From a virus (taxonomy: Duplodnaviria; Caudoviricetes), in IMG/VR virus record IMGVR_UViG_3300037608_000248, positions 1 through 51,712 of that record: DNA of 51,712 bases, one strand, 5' to 3'. The notes beneath the pieces were generated by a model. The model did no database searches. It saw only the letters and a list, made by a program, of their open reading frames with translations, and was not told where the DNA came from. A program made the translations under genes and the position numbers. Below, in pieces: positions 17,596 through 27,314 of the stretch. Each line of letters begins with the position of its first letter. Position 1 is the first letter of the stretch.

Positions 17596-17760
17596 ATGTC
17601 AGAACGCCTGTGTTTAACAAAAGATAATTGCATTCATAAAGACGGGTTATTTTGCTCCAGCGATTCTAATTTTGGTGATTACACCATGGAGATAGTGGGT
17701 AAGGACGGCGATGATTGCCTGGTGCAGTTTCATTGTGATAAGCGGGAGGCGGGTGCATAA
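17596..17760 (+). CDS. Small Cys-rich hypothetical protein
   Basis: AAGGAGG RBS before ATG 17596 (MSERLCL...). Confidence 0.6.
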   Translation: MSERLCLTKDNCIHKDGLFCSSDSNFGDYTMEIVGKDGDDCLVQFHCDKREAGA

Positions 17761-17927
17761 TGCCAGGCGAAACCGTGTGGATTTACGATGACAATGACGG
17801 TTACTGGGAGTGCAAGAACTGTTCCCTGGCTTGGGTTTTTGACTATGACGGTCCGGAAGAAAATCAGGTAAATTTCTGCCCAAAGTGCGGCTTTAAGATT
17901 GTTAAATATTTAAGGGGCGGCGAATGA
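17760..17927 (+). CDS. Small zinc-ribbon protein (55 aa)
   Basis: Read by hand: WECKNC...NFCPKCG; coupled on both sides. Confidence 0.7.
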   Translation: MPGETVWIYDDNDGYWECKNCSLAWVFDYDGPEENQVNFCPKCGFKIVKYLRGGE

Positions 17928-18613
17928 TGGCTGAGAAACCAATTTTAATGTCAACGCCGATGGTTCAGGCAATACTCGATGATAGAAAGGGACAGACAAG
18001 GAGGCTCGATGGTCTTAAGGATGTCAACGAAAATCCAGATATATGGTTTCCGACTAGAATCGGCACGCTGCACCTTGGCCCGAGGAAGAAATTAGTATGC
18101 AAGTACGGAGCGGTATTTATACATAGAAATCAAGAACCGGGGCCTATTTGCAGAACGATTGCCCGATACCAGCCCGGCGACATTCTATGGGTGCGGGAAA
18201 CTTGGTGCGAGCTGTATGTTGTTGATGCGCTTGGCTACACACATTACGACCAGCCGATGCATTACTATGCAGCCGATGGCTATCCCGATATTACTCTTTA
18301 CGATGCAGATGGGTTTGAATTGGACGATCAGAGAATTAAATGGAAACCGTCAATCCACATGCCCCGTGAAGTCGCCCGGATATTCTTAAAAATTACAGGT
18401 GTCAGGGTGGAACGGGTGCAGGATATAACAGAAAATGATGCAGTGGCCGAAGGAACAACCAATTATCTTATGGCAGGAGGTAGACAACACGAAGAAATGT
18501 CTATGCGCGCTCAGTTCTCAATGCTCTGGGATTCCCTGAATGTTAAACGTGGTTATGGGTGGGAAGTTAACCCATGGGTATGGGTTTATGAATTCGAACG
18601 GGTGGAGGCGTAA
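17924..18613 (+). CDS. Conserved phage protein (ASCH/PUA-like)
   Basis: PIL.STPMVQAIL..RK.QTRR, GD.LWVRETW, WKPSIHMP, NPWVWV.EF. Confidence 0.75.
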   Translation: MMAEKPILMSTPMVQAILDDRKGQTRRLDGLKDVNENPDIWFPTRIGTLHLGPRKKLVCKYGAVFIHRNQEPGPICRTIARYQPGDILWVRETWCELYVVDALGYTHYDQPMHYYAADGYPDITLYDADGFELDDQRIKWKPSIHMPREVARIFLKITGVRVERVQDITENDAVAEGTTNYLMAGGRQHEEMSMRAQFSMLWDSLNVKRGYGWEVNPWVWVYEFERVEA

Positions 18614-18616
18614 TAG

Positions 18617-18793
18617 ATGCAGGCAATCGAGTTAACCGATCTGGAAAAAGATTGTTTGAAAGTTTACCGAACATTTCATTCGATGGCGGTTGACCTTTAT
18701 TCTTTTAAAAAAGATATAGAAGAAGCTGAAAAAATTAGCAACGAAATGCGAACGTTTTTGGATGAATTTGAACGGGTGGAGGTTGGAGTGTAA
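18617..18793 (+). CDS. Hypothetical protein (58 aa)
   Basis: Read by hand: GGAGG RBS, MQAIELTDLEK...EFERVEVGV. Confidence 0.6.
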   Translation: MQAIELTDLEKDCLKVYRTFHSMAVDLYSFKKDIEEAEKISNEMRTFLDEFERVEVGV

Positions 18794-19554
18794 TGGGAAC
18801 TACTAAAATAAATTGGGCTAACAAGGTATGGAATCCAATTACCGGCTGCACGAAAATAAGCGAGGGCTGCGAGAACTGCTACGCAGCACGTATGGCCAAG
18901 CGCCTGGCCGGGCGATTCGGCTATCCGGCAGATGATCCTTTTAGGCCGGGAGTGGTTCACGAAGATAAGCTGGCGGAACCATTGAACTGGAAGAAGCCTT
19001 CACGGGTATTTGTATGCAGCATGGGTGATATATTTCATGAACACGTGAGCGCCATAACAACAGTTAATATATTTCAAGTCATGCAGGCAGCAAAACACCA
19101 CACATTTATATTGCTAACCAAAAGGCCCGAAATAGCCGAACAAAGAATAGCCGGCATGGATTTTTGCAATTACATAAAGTGGCCGCTTCCGAATGTTTGG
19201 CTTGGCGTTACAGCAGAAAACCAGCAGCGGGCGGATGAACGGATCCCGATACTGCTACAGATACCGGCGGCAGTGCGGTTTGTAAGTGTTGAGCCGATGC
19301 TGGGCCCGGTGGATATTTATGATTATATGTATGTGGTTGGGACTGTTGATCCGCCAGTCTTGGGAAGGGGTTTAGATTGGGTTATCTGTGGAGGAGAAAC
19401 AGGCCCGGGAGCAAGGTTAATGCTGGCTGACTGGGCAAAGAGCCTGAGAGCTCAGTGCGTGGCTGCAGGAGTGCCATACTTTTTAAAGAAAACTGCTGAC
19501 GGAGGCCGCTTGCTCGACGGCCAAGAATGGAACCAATACCCGGAGGTGGTTTAA
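18793..19554 (+). CDS. DUF5131 / phage Gp37-Gp68 family protein
   Basis: WNPITGCTKISEGCENCYA, FVCSMGD.FH, LTKRP, SVEPMLG, WVICGGETG. Confidence 0.9.
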   Translation: MGTTKINWANKVWNPITGCTKISEGCENCYAARMAKRLAGRFGYPADDPFRPGVVHEDKLAEPLNWKKPSRVFVCSMGDIFHEHVSAITTVNIFQVMQAAKHHTFILLTKRPEIAEQRIAGMDFCNYIKWPLPNVWLGVTAENQQRADERIPILLQIPAAVRFVSVEPMLGPVDIYDYMYVVGTVDPPVLGRGLDWVICGGETGPGARLMLADWAKSLRAQCVAAGVPYFLKKTADGGRLLDGQEWNQYPEVV

Positions 19555-19556
19555 TA

Positions 19557-19775
19557 GTGACCAAATATAAAGACTACGACGGTAGCATAGTATTTGTTTC
19601 GCCTGGCATATCGAGCGGCACTGTATGGATGTCAGTTAAGCTAAAGCCCGGCAAAAACGGCACCAGGCGGGTTAAAAGTAAATTCCTCCCGCTTAGGGAG
19701 AGTAAAGACCTGGCTCAGATAGATCTGGACCGCTGGGCTAACGAGCGTAAGTTGGAGGTGGTAATGGATGTCTAA
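19557..19775 (+). CDS. Hypothetical protein
   Basis: GGAGGTG RBS before GTG 19557. Confidence 0.6.
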   Translation: MTKYKDYDGSIVFVSPGISSGTVWMSVKLKPGKNGTRRVKSKFLPLRESKDLAQIDLDRWANERKLEVVMDV

Positions 19776-20040
19776 CCGCGAGGAAGTAATCAGTAATCTA
19801 TTTATGGTAGGTAAACTATATATTGCTTTGGAAGGTGGCCCCCGGTTTAACTTTGAATGGCAGCCGGGCCAAGTGCGGGGAGTTATAAGCGCCTGGGAAG
19901 CCGGAGTATCAGCATATGACATTGCCAGAGAACACGATCGGGACCCTGACGAAGTGGCCGTGTTGATTATGGACCTCCGCCGGCGAAGGGTTATTAAGAA
20001 CAGACCTGGTGGGTTGTGGGGAAAAGGAAAAGCAGCATAG
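19768..20040 (+). CDS. Hypothetical HTH-like phage protein
   Basis: YIALE...F.W...W..G.S..DIA...RDPDEVA.LIMD. Confidence 0.65.
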   Translation: MSNREEVISNLFMVGKLYIALEGGPRFNFEWQPGQVRGVISAWEAGVSAYDIAREHDRDPDEVAVLIMDLRRRRVIKNRPGGLWGKGKAA

Positions 20041-20063
20041 ATAGTTTTAGGGAGGGCAACTGA

Positions 20064-20915
20064 ATGCCGCGAAAAGAAGGGTTAGACTATTTTCCAATTG
20101 ATATAGATATGGATGGAGACGATAAGGTTGAGCTGATCGAAGCCAAGCACGGCATTGTAGGGTTTGGCCTGATTGTTAAACTCCTGATGCGTATTTACCG
20201 TAACGGGTACTATTATTATTGGACTGAAAAAGAGCAGCTGCTATTTAGTAAGCGAGTAGGGCTACCCGTTGAAAAGGTTATTGCCATTGTAGGGGATGCA
20301 GCCGAATGGGAATTTTTTGATAAGGATATGCTGGAAGGTTACAGCATACTCACATCTAAGGGTATTCAGAAGAGATATTTAGAAGCATCAAAGCGGCGGC
20401 AATCTGTCGAAATTAACAGTAATTACCTGTTATTAGGTGAACACTGCCTTAATGATTACATTAACGTGGTAATTGTAGACATTAACCCGGTAAATGTAAA
20501 CATTGAAAAACAAAGAAGAGAAGAGAAGAGTACAGTAAAAGAAAGTAGAGTAAGTACTATAGACATCAAAGATGTCGTCGCGGCCTATCACGACAACTGC
20601 CCCTCTTTGCCAAAAATTATAAAGCTCTCTGACAGACGAAAAAGGTTAATGCATGCCCGGATAAGAGACAACCCGAACCTTGAGGCATTTATACAGCTGT
20701 TTATAAGGGCTGAAACCAGTGATTTTCTGTCCGGCAGAAGTGGCCGGTGGACTGGCTGTAACATAGACTGGCTGCTGAACGAAAACAACATGATTAAGGT
20801 GCTTGAGGGCAGTTATGACAATAAAGCCAGCCCTGCTTCGAAGCACAGTCAAAATGTTGAAAATGCTTTGCGCCTGGTTGAAAAATATCGACAGGAGGAG
20901 GCTCAGGTTACATGA
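20064..20915 (+). CDS. Replication initiator (DUF4373 / Lin1244-like)
   Basis: KEGLDYFP.D, GYYY.W, ILTSKGIQKRY; C-terminal DWLL...N..KVLEG.YD. Confidence 0.85.
   Translation: MPRKEGLDYFPIDIDMDGDDKVELIEAKHGIVGFGLIVKLLMRIYRNGYYYYWTEKEQLLFSKRVGLPVEKVIAIVGDAAEWEFFDKDMLEGYSILTSKGIQKRYLEASKRRQSVEINSNYLLLGEHCLNDYINVVIVDINPVNVNIEKQRREEKSTVKESRVSTIDIKDVVAAYHDNCPSLPKIIKLSDRRKRLMHARIRDNPNLEAFIQLFIRAETSDFLSGRSGRWTGCNIDWLLNENNMIKVLEGSYDNKASPASKHSQNVENALRLVEKYRQEEAQVT
20454..20556. repeat. Putative replication origin (iteron-like repeats + purine-rich tract)
   Basis: 21-bp spaced units gattacattaacgtggtaatt / gtagacattaacccggtaaat / gtaaacattg, then an A/G-rich run inside the initiator gene. Confidence 0.6.
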
Positions 20916-21436
20916 CAAAGCATGAAGCATCAAAATTACTTGCAACAATAGCTGCGGCATACCCAAGTTTTGAGTCAAATGACTACAAGGTCAAAGTCTG
21001 GGGTGAAATGCTGGATGACCTCAGCTACGAAGTAGTTAATGCCGCTGCAAAGAAATGCATAGTTGAAAACACCTTCCCGCCTTCGATAGCAGAACTGCGC
21101 AAAGCTGCCTTTGACCTGCTGCAGCCAGAAGCGGTTGCGGCCCCTGAAGCCTGGGGCCAAGTGATCAGGGCAGTGCACAACTATGGATTTGCTCGCCAGA
21201 AAGATGCGTTGAACTCTTTACCGCCCGATGTGGCTGAAGTGGTTCGCTGGATGGGTTGGCGGGAAATATGTCACAGTGAAAATCTTGATGTTGTGCGAGG
21301 CCAGTTTATTAAACTATTCGAAACGCAGCGAAAGCGTGAACAGCAGCTTAAAGTATTACCTCAAGATCTTAAAGCTATAGTTACCCGAGCTAGTGAAAAG
21401 CTTCTGTTAAAACCTGCTCAAGGAGGTAGTGACTGA
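20912..21436 (+). CDS. Helicase loader/inhibitor (G39P-like)
   Basis: MTK.EA.KLL..I.AAYP, W..ML.D..Y, FPPSIAE, EAWG.V. Confidence 0.8.
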   Translation: MTKHEASKLLATIAAAYPSFESNDYKVKVWGEMLDDLSYEVVNAAAKKCIVENTFPPSIAELRKAAFDLLQPEAVAAPEAWGQVIRAVHNYGFARQKDALNSLPPDVAEVVRWMGWREICHSENLDVVRGQFIKLFETQRKREQQLKVLPQDLKAIVTRASEKLLLKPAQGGSD

Positions 21437-21930
21437 TGAACGCTACAAAGAAAAACAATGTGCGCCCACTCCATAACCTGGCCGATAACGAAGGCGTAGT
21501 GCCGGATAGCTTTGAACAGCAGATGGCAGATCTCGGGGTGCCGATAGAAAAGGTAAACCAGAAAACAGCTAAGGTATTATCTGACTGGATTACGCCAGTA
21601 AATAAAGGGGGGCGCCAGAATCAAGACTTATCGCTGCGGAAACAGCATGTATCGATTAACCGCAAGTGGGCGCGAAAGATAGCCGAAAGCGAAGACGCTG
21701 TGAGGGTGCGGATTGCCCTGCGCGTAATTGACTATGATGGCAAACCGGCATTATTTATCAAGCCCGATTCATCAGGATTTAATCTCAAACAACCAGCTGT
21801 AGAAACTCACGCCTGGCAGTTTAGCATGTCGCCAACTCTACGACAGGCAATAGAAAAACACGGTCTTAAATATGGTTCTTACTCGCTTAGTGTAATAAAG
21901 GGTGGTTACCTGGCGGTGCACGATGGTTAA
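21436..21930 (+). CDS. Hypothetical protein
   Basis: AGGAGG RBS, 164 aa. Confidence 0.65.
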   Translation: MNATKKNNVRPLHNLADNEGVVPDSFEQQMADLGVPIEKVNQKTAKVLSDWITPVNKGGRQNQDLSLRKQHVSINRKWARKIAESEDAVRVRIALRVIDYDGKPALFIKPDSSGFNLKQPAVETHAWQFSMSPTLRQAIEKHGLKYGSYSLSVIKGGYLAVHDG

Positions 21931-22252
21931 AACGATCGTCCAGTTGTCTCACGGTGAGCTTCAGCGCCAGGCCAAAGAATACCTTCAGTGGAAGGGTTGG
22001 GAGGTGTTCCACCATCAGGCCGGTCTGGGTACTTACCCGGGTTTTTCAGACCTCTCAGCAATAAATAATGGCCGGACAATCTACATTGAGGTTAAGGCCG
22101 GAAAAGACAGGCTGAGTAAAGCGCAACGGGAGTTTAAAGAGAAGGTCGAGGCCCAAGGCGGCGTATTTATCGAATATAGAACACTGGAAGATCTATTGCT
22201 GTTTATGAAGTGTTTCGAGAAAGAAAGGAGTGCAATAAATGCCAACAGTTGA
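21923..22252 (+). CDS. VRR-NUC domain nuclease
   Basis: PG.SDL....G..IYIEVK...RLS..Q..F. Confidence 0.85.
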   Translation: MVKTIVQLSHGELQRQAKEYLQWKGWEVFHHQAGLGTYPGFSDLSAINNGRTIYIEVKAGKDRLSKAQREFKEKVEAQGGVFIEYRTLEDLLLFMKCFEKERSAINANS

Positions 22253-22445
22253 AGCGGTTTTTGTTAAAGGGGTTCCCTGCTGCCCGAGCTGCATGTCTCC
22301 CGGGACTAAATACAATGATTATGGTGTGGCAGAACAGGGTTTTTGGTTTTCGTTCATATGCCAGGCCTGCTCTACGAAAAGTAGTAAGCAAAACATTAAA
22401 TATTATACAGATGGCCAGTTTAACAGGTTGAGTGCGGCATCATAA
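22239..22445 (+). CDS. Small zinc-binding protein
   Basis: CPSC..CQAC; AAGGAG RBS. Confidence 0.6.
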   Translation: MPTVEAVFVKGVPCCPSCMSPGTKYNDYGVAEQGFWFSFICQACSTKSSKQNIKYYTDGQFNRLSAAS

Positions 22446-22461
22446 ACCAGGGAGGCAACCG

Positions 22462-22833
22462 ATGTATTCAATCAAGCAATTCGAAGAACTAAGAGATGAA
22501 TTTTTAATTAAAGAAGCGTTATTGACCTGCACTAAAGAAAAAGAATATACGGCCGGTGACCAGGATAGGCTTATTAACCTGCGCGAGATAGCAGCACTTG
22601 AGGGGCGCTCTACAGCCCAGGTAGCCATGACACTATTACTTAACCAGCTGCAGCGGATAAATATGGCGGTGAAAACCAGTGAATATGACTGGAGCTGGAG
22701 AACCTCTGATGGCCGGGAAGGGTTGAAACAAAAGATAGCTGATGGCAGGGTATACTTACACTTGCTGGCGGCCTGCTTTGATGAAGAGGTTGCCGCTGAA
22801 AAGGGAGGAATGCACACTGATAGAGAGAAATAG
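22462..22833 (+). CDS. Hypothetical helical phage protein
   Basis: GGGAGG RBS; K.KEY...DRL.N...KIAD...YL.LL pattern, possibly MazG-like. Confidence 0.6.
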   Translation: MYSIKQFEELRDEFLIKEALLTCTKEKEYTAGDQDRLINLREIAALEGRSTAQVAMTLLLNQLQRINMAVKTSEYDWSWRTSDGREGLKQKIADGRVYLHLLAACFDEEVAAEKGGMHTDREK

Positions 22834-22969
22834 TAAGCAAGATATCAAAGAAGTGCTGGATAAGGTTACCCAGGCGCTGCAGGACCTTCGTTTCGGTGAA
22901 GTGATTATCAAGGTCCAGGGCGGCAAGGTGATCTTTGTTGACCGGCACGAGAGGGAGCGGGTGGGGTAG
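22817..22969 (+). CDS. YezD/DUF2292-family protein (probable CTG start)
   Basis: L..LRFGEV.IKVQ.GKV..VDR.ER; GGAGG RBS 8 nt before CTG. Confidence 0.7.
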   Translation: MIERNSKQDIKEVLDKVTQALQDLRFGEVIIKVQGGKVIFVDRHERERVG

Positions 22970-22970
22970 A

Positions 22971-23675
22971 ATGTCGTTCTTGCCAGGTGTGCCCGAAGTT
23001 GGAACAACTGAATCCACACAGTTTTGGTCGATGTTTTGGTTAACTACTTATGCAGGAATAATTTCAGCATTAGTTACTGGAATTGTAGTTGGGTTAATAT
23101 TATGGAGATTTCAACAAAGTGCAGATAAAAAACGAGTTGCTGAAAGCACAAAGGATTCAATAGAAAATGAATTAGATTTAATTGTTTATGAGGCAAAGCG
23201 TATATTAAAAATACACAGGTTTGATGGAAAGCTTACCACCTCATTTCCTGATGCATCAATAATTTGTGAAAAAGTAAGGCTTATCAATAAAAAGATAAAA
23301 GGAATTACTATCGATTCTGACGATGTGTGGATAACCGCGAAAAAAACACCTAATTTATTTAATGCCGTTGAAAATAGTGCTAGAGATTTTGATTTATATA
23401 TATCCCATGAAGCAAGAGTATTTAACAATAAGCGCAAAGCAATATTTACTAATGATAAAAATGCGCATTTATATTGTTCATGCAAGGTTATGGATTGGAA
23501 AGAAGAAGATATAATACCACATTTAGGCGTAGGAACTAGTGATAATATTCCAGAATGGATAAATGATTTTTTTGAACAGATCTCTATGAAAGACAGATTT
23601 CAGGAATTGAAAAAAAGTTTCACTGAAAGCAATAAAGAATATATTGCTGCAGTAGAAGCATTATCAAAACTATAA
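22971..23675 (+). CDS. AT-rich membrane-anchored hypothetical protein (moron-like)
   Basis: N-terminal TM helix; visibly lower GC than neighbours. Confidence 0.7.
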   Translation: MSFLPGVPEVGTTESTQFWSMFWLTTYAGIISALVTGIVVGLILWRFQQSADKKRVAESTKDSIENELDLIVYEAKRILKIHRFDGKLTTSFPDASIICEKVRLINKKIKGITIDSDDVWITAKKTPNLFNAVENSARDFDLYISHEARVFNNKRKAIFTNDKNAHLYCSCKVMDWKEEDIIPHLGVGTSDNIPEWINDFFEQISMKDRFQELKKSFTESNKEYIAAVEALSKL

Positions 23676-23714
23676 AAAAAAGATATAGATAAAAGACTGG
23701 CTAAGCAAAAACGC

Positions 23715-23750
23715 GATGCCGACTCACCCGATAAGGGCAGGGTCGGCATC
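23715..23750 (+). terminator. Stem-loop / possible terminator
   Basis: GATGCCGAC...GTCGGCATC inverted repeat. Confidence 0.45.
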
Positions 23751-23772
23751 TCTCATTTTGGAGGTGAAGCGA

Positions 23773-24177
23773 ATGTTAAATCAGGTAATTTTAATCGGAA
23801 GACTCACCAGAGAACCAGAGCTTAGATACACCCCCGGCAACGGGGTACCAGTGGCAACCTTTACCCTGGCTTGCGAAAGGCCATTTACTAACAGCGAGGG
23901 AGAACGTGAAGCAGACTTTATCAAGGTAGTCACCTGGCGAAAGTTAGCAGAAAACTGCGCTCAATATCTGGTGAAAGGTTCTCTTGCTGCCGTAACCGGA
24001 AGGCTGCAAATAAGAAGCTATGACAGCGAAGGGGACCGAAAATGGATATCAGAAGTGGTTGCCGACAATGTAAGGTTTTTAGATAATCGCAGGCAGCAGG
24101 AAGATGAAGCAGTTGGCTCAGTAGAGCATATGCTTAACTCAGGCACAGAGATAAACCCAGACGATGTTCCATTTTAA
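23773..24177 (+). CDS. ssb: Single-stranded DNA-binding protein
   Basis: [30 protein letters not shown], acidic DDVPF tail. Confidence 0.95.
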   Translation: MLNQVILIGRLTREPELRYTPGNGVPVATFTLACERPFTNSEGEREADFIKVVTWRKLAENCAQYLVKGSLAAVTGRLQIRSYDSEGDRKWISEVVADNVRFLDNRRQQEDEAVGSVEHMLNSGTEINPDDVPF

Positions 24178-24197
24178 GAGATAGAGGAGGGATAACC

Positions 24198-24668
24198 CTG
24201 AAAGAGAAACTCAATGATGGCGAGTTTAGGTTTGTTGAGAAACTGTTATATAGCTACCGGGAGCAAGACCTGGCTATAAAAGTACTTCAAGAACAGTTGG
24301 AAGAAAAACTTGAATTATTGCTACCATCACCCAAAAGCGCTTCATTGAGCCATGAGGGTGGAGGGCGAGGCTTCGACGATGAGACCGGGGACTGCAGCGA
24401 ACCAGAAAAATGGACCATTATAAGAGACGATAACTTATACATAAGACACCTAAGAAGAGAGATTGAAAAACGGGCAGTGCACCGGGATGCCGTAAAGGTG
24501 GCTAGGGAAAGACTTGATGATACCGAAGAGCAATTCATCACCTTGTTTTATGATCAGAACCGAACAGTCAGAGATTGTAAGCGGATTATGAGCTATGAGA
24601 AATCAAAGATATATGATTTGCGGCAAAAAGTAGTTTATAAAGTAGCATGTTATGTAGGGCTATTATAG
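24198..24668 (+). CDS. RinA/ArpU-like late transcriptional activator (probable CTG start)
   Basis: GAGGAGG RBS then CTG in frame with ORF 24297; EKLLYSY; C-terminal sigma4-like HTH; last gene before the terminase region. Confidence 0.7.
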   Translation: MKEKLNDGEFRFVEKLLYSYREQDLAIKVLQEQLEEKLELLLPSPKSASLSHEGGGRGFDDETGDCSEPEKWTIIRDDNLYIRHLRREIEKRAVHRDAVKVARERLDDTEEQFITLFYDQNRTVRDCKRIMSYEKSKIYDLRQKVVYKVACYVGLL

Positions 24669-24678
24669 TTAAATAAAC

Positions 24679-24727
24679 AAATCGCGGAAAAATCGCGGAA
24701 ATTTTCCATGCTGAAAGGGTGTATAGT
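24679..24727 (+). promoter_or_regulatory. Putative late promoter with activator-binding direct repeat
   Basis: AAATCGCGGAA x2 (24679-24700); TATAGT at 24722 with no good -35. Confidence 0.6.
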
Positions 24728-24780
24728 AGTATTGATAAAGTTATGACCAAAGTTTCATCTACAACCTCCTTTCTTGTTAA

Positions 24781-24808
24781 GAGGGCACCTTCGGCAGCGG
24801 GTGCCCTC
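24781..24808 (+). other. Stem-loop in late leader
   Basis: GAGGGCACC..GGTGCCCTC. Confidence 0.5.
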
Positions 24809-24884
24809 AATGCATTATGGCAAAGAAGGTAGATAGTAGCTCTGGCCATGGTCACTAATAAATATAGGCAGGCAGGTGAATCTC

Positions 24885-25052
24885 TTGAACTACTGGCTAC
24901 TAATTGAATCAGATGGCCAAGAGATAAATATAGACTTTGGTAATTGTGAAGCTTCGCGTGGTGCAGTTATCGCTGGACTGAGACAGGCTAAAGATATCAA
25001 GTTAAGAGCCTTAGACGAAGATGACAAGAAAATATGGATAAGAGAAATATAG
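24885..25052 (+). CDS. Hypothetical protein (55 aa)
   Basis: Read by hand: AGGTG RBS, TTG start, MNYWLLIESDGQE... Confidence 0.5.
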   Translation: MNYWLLIESDGQEINIDFGNCEASRGAVIAGLRQAKDIKLRALDEDDKKIWIREI

Positions 25053-25093
25053 AAATCAAAAATGCTAAGCGCTATGGTGGTGGGTGACATGAA

Positions 25094-25981
25094 ATGGCTA
25101 AACGCAGTCCAGAACGCAGCAAGGCATATGAGTTATATAAGGCGCATAATGGAGATATTCAGATCAGGGAGATTGCAAGGCAGTTAGATGTCCCCGAAAA
25201 GACTATAAGTGGTTGGAAGTGTAAGGATAAATGGGAGCTCCAGCTTACCGGAGTATATAAGCCGGTCAAGCGGAGTACTCCAAAACAGAAAAGAAAAAAA
25301 CGCAGTACTCCGGTTGAAGTATCGGAAGAAACTAAACTGACCGAAAAGCAGCGGCTCTTCTGTTTGTATTATGTAAAAAATTACAATGCAACGCAGGCAG
25401 CCTTAAAGGCAGGGTATAGCAGCGATAGTGCGCACGTGATTGGCTCTGACAACTTAAGGAATCCTAAAATAGCAGCTGAGATACGCCGCGTGAAAGGTTC
25501 ACTGGTTGAAGACCTGCATTTTGATGCTCAAGACGTTTTGATGGAGTATGCCAAAATAGCTTTTAGCAACATAGGGGAGTATGTTGAGTTCGGGCAAAAG
25601 GAAGTTCCAGTAATTCAAGAAGGCAAGATAGTTAAAGACCCGGATACCGGAGAACCTATAACCTACGAAAAAAGCTTTGTAAGTCTCCGGGAAAGCAAGA
25701 CATTAGACGGCTCCATAATTACCGAAGTATCCCAGGGCCGTGAAGGAATAAAAATTAAATTTGCTGACAAGATGAAAGCGCTTGAAAAACTGGAGCGCTA
25801 TTTTGATTTATTGCCGGATGTATGGAAGCGCAAGCTCGAGGAAGAAAAGCTTGAGATAGAGAAGCGCAAAATAGAAAGTGGTGATCCAGCAGTAGAGGGA
25901 GCTAAGACCAGGGAGAGCGTGAATAGTTTTGTAGGTGCCTTAGGAATGGCGGCAGAGGAAGTCTGGGAAAATGAGAAATAG
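25094..25981 (+). CDS. Terminase small subunit with N-terminal HTH
   Basis: LTEKQRLFCLYY..NATQAA.KAGYS; K.KALE.L. Confidence 0.92.
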   Translation: MAKRSPERSKAYELYKAHNGDIQIREIARQLDVPEKTISGWKCKDKWELQLTGVYKPVKRSTPKQKRKKRSTPVEVSEETKLTEKQRLFCLYYVKNYNATQAALKAGYSSDSAHVIGSDNLRNPKIAAEIRRVKGSLVEDLHFDAQDVLMEYAKIAFSNIGEYVEFGQKEVPVIQEGKIVKDPDTGEPITYEKSFVSLRESKTLDGSIITEVSQGREGIKIKFADKMKALEKLERYFDLLPDVWKRKLEEEKLEIEKRKIESGDPAVEGAKTRESVNSFVGALGMAAEEVWENEK

Positions 25982-27299
25982 AATAGCAGCCCAGCCTTTT
26001 AAATTTCAACCATTCTCTATACAGCAGAAAAGAGCTTTAACCTGGTGGCACCCAAAAAGCCCCCACTCTGATAAGGACATTATCATCTGTGACGGGGCAA
26101 TAAGAAGTGGTAAGACAGTATCGGAATTAATTAGCTTTACCATGTGGTCAATGTCTACATTCGAGAATGAAACCTTTATCCTGGCCGGTAAGACAATGGG
26201 AGCTTTGAAGCGGAACGTTTTGAACCCACTGTTCAAGATACTTACTGCCCAGGGTATTAAATACCGCTACATTCGCTCGACTGACGAACCGCGGGTAGAG
26301 ATAGGCTCTAATATTTATTACATCTTTGGTGCAAACAACGAGCTGGCCCAGGACAAGATACAGGGTTTAACGGCAGCCGGCGCATACGCAGATGAAGTGC
26401 CGCTGTTTCCACGAAGCTTTGTGGAGCAGATGATCGGCCGCTGTTCTGTAGACGGCGCCAAGATATTTTTAAACGGTAACCCTCTGGGGCCAAAGCACTG
26501 GTTCAAGACAGAATTCATTGATAAGGCTGTAGAAAAGCGTATCCTATACCTCCATTTCACGATGGATGACAACCTCACCTTAGCCGAAAAGGTGAAGGAA
26601 CGTTATAGGCGCATGTTCACCGGGGTATTTTACCAGCGCTATATCAAGGGCCTCTGGGTAATGGCTGAAGGCCTTATTTACGATATGTTCAGGGAAGAAG
26701 AACATACCATTGAGTCAAGCGACCTGCCAAGCATTAAAGCCAGCTGGGTTGGCATCGATTACGGGACCGCAAACCCTACAGTATACCTGTTAGTAGGTTT
26801 AGGCACAGATCAATGCCTGTATGTATTCGATGAGTACCGCTGGGATAGCCGTAAAACTGGCCGGCAAAAAACAGATAAAGAGTATTCCCATGATTATATA
26901 GGCTGGGTTAACAGCAACAAAGGAATTCCAAAATATACTTTTTTCGATCCAAGTGCCAAATCCTTTGGCTTGCAGCTACACCGGGACGGCGTAAAGGGTG
27001 TTGTCCCGGCTAAGAATGCGGTAATAGATGGTGTTCGCGCTGTATCGTCTCTCTTCGGAGCAAAAAGGTTATATATCGTAAAAGATAAATGCCAGGGTTT
27101 GGTTGAGGAACTACAAGATTATGTCTGGGATGAGAAAGCCCAGGAACGCGGGGAAGATAAACCGCTTAAAGCAAATGACCATGGCCCGGATGCGCTTAGA
27201 TACGTAATACTATCTATTCGGCCAGTTTGGCATAAATGGATTGAAGAACAGAGAGACGAAAAAATAAAGCCCGGTTTGTTGCCGGAAAACATTGCTTAG
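25971..27299 (+). CDS. Terminase large subunit (PBSX family)
   Basis: DGAIRSGKT, AYADE, NP.GP.HW, GIDYG..NP, DPSA, NDHGPDALRY. Confidence 0.95.
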   Translation: MRNRIAAQPFKFQPFSIQQKRALTWWHPKSPHSDKDIIICDGAIRSGKTVSELISFTMWSMSTFENETFILAGKTMGALKRNVLNPLFKILTAQGIKYRYIRSTDEPRVEIGSNIYYIFGANNELAQDKIQGLTAAGAYADEVPLFPRSFVEQMIGRCSVDGAKIFLNGNPLGPKHWFKTEFIDKAVEKRILYLHFTMDDNLTLAEKVKERYRRMFTGVFYQRYIKGLWVMAEGLIYDMFREEEHTIESSDLPSIKASWVGIDYGTANPTVYLLVGLGTDQCLYVFDEYRWDSRKTGRQKTDKEYSHDYIGWVNSNKGIPKYTFFDPSAKSFGLQLHRDGVKGVVPAKNAVIDGVRAVSSLFGAKRLYIVKDKCQGLVEELQDYVWDEKAQERGEDKPLKANDHGPDALRYVILSIRPVWHKWIEEQRDEKIKPGLLPENIA

Positions 27300-27314
27300 C
27301 CTGGAGGTTAGCTT

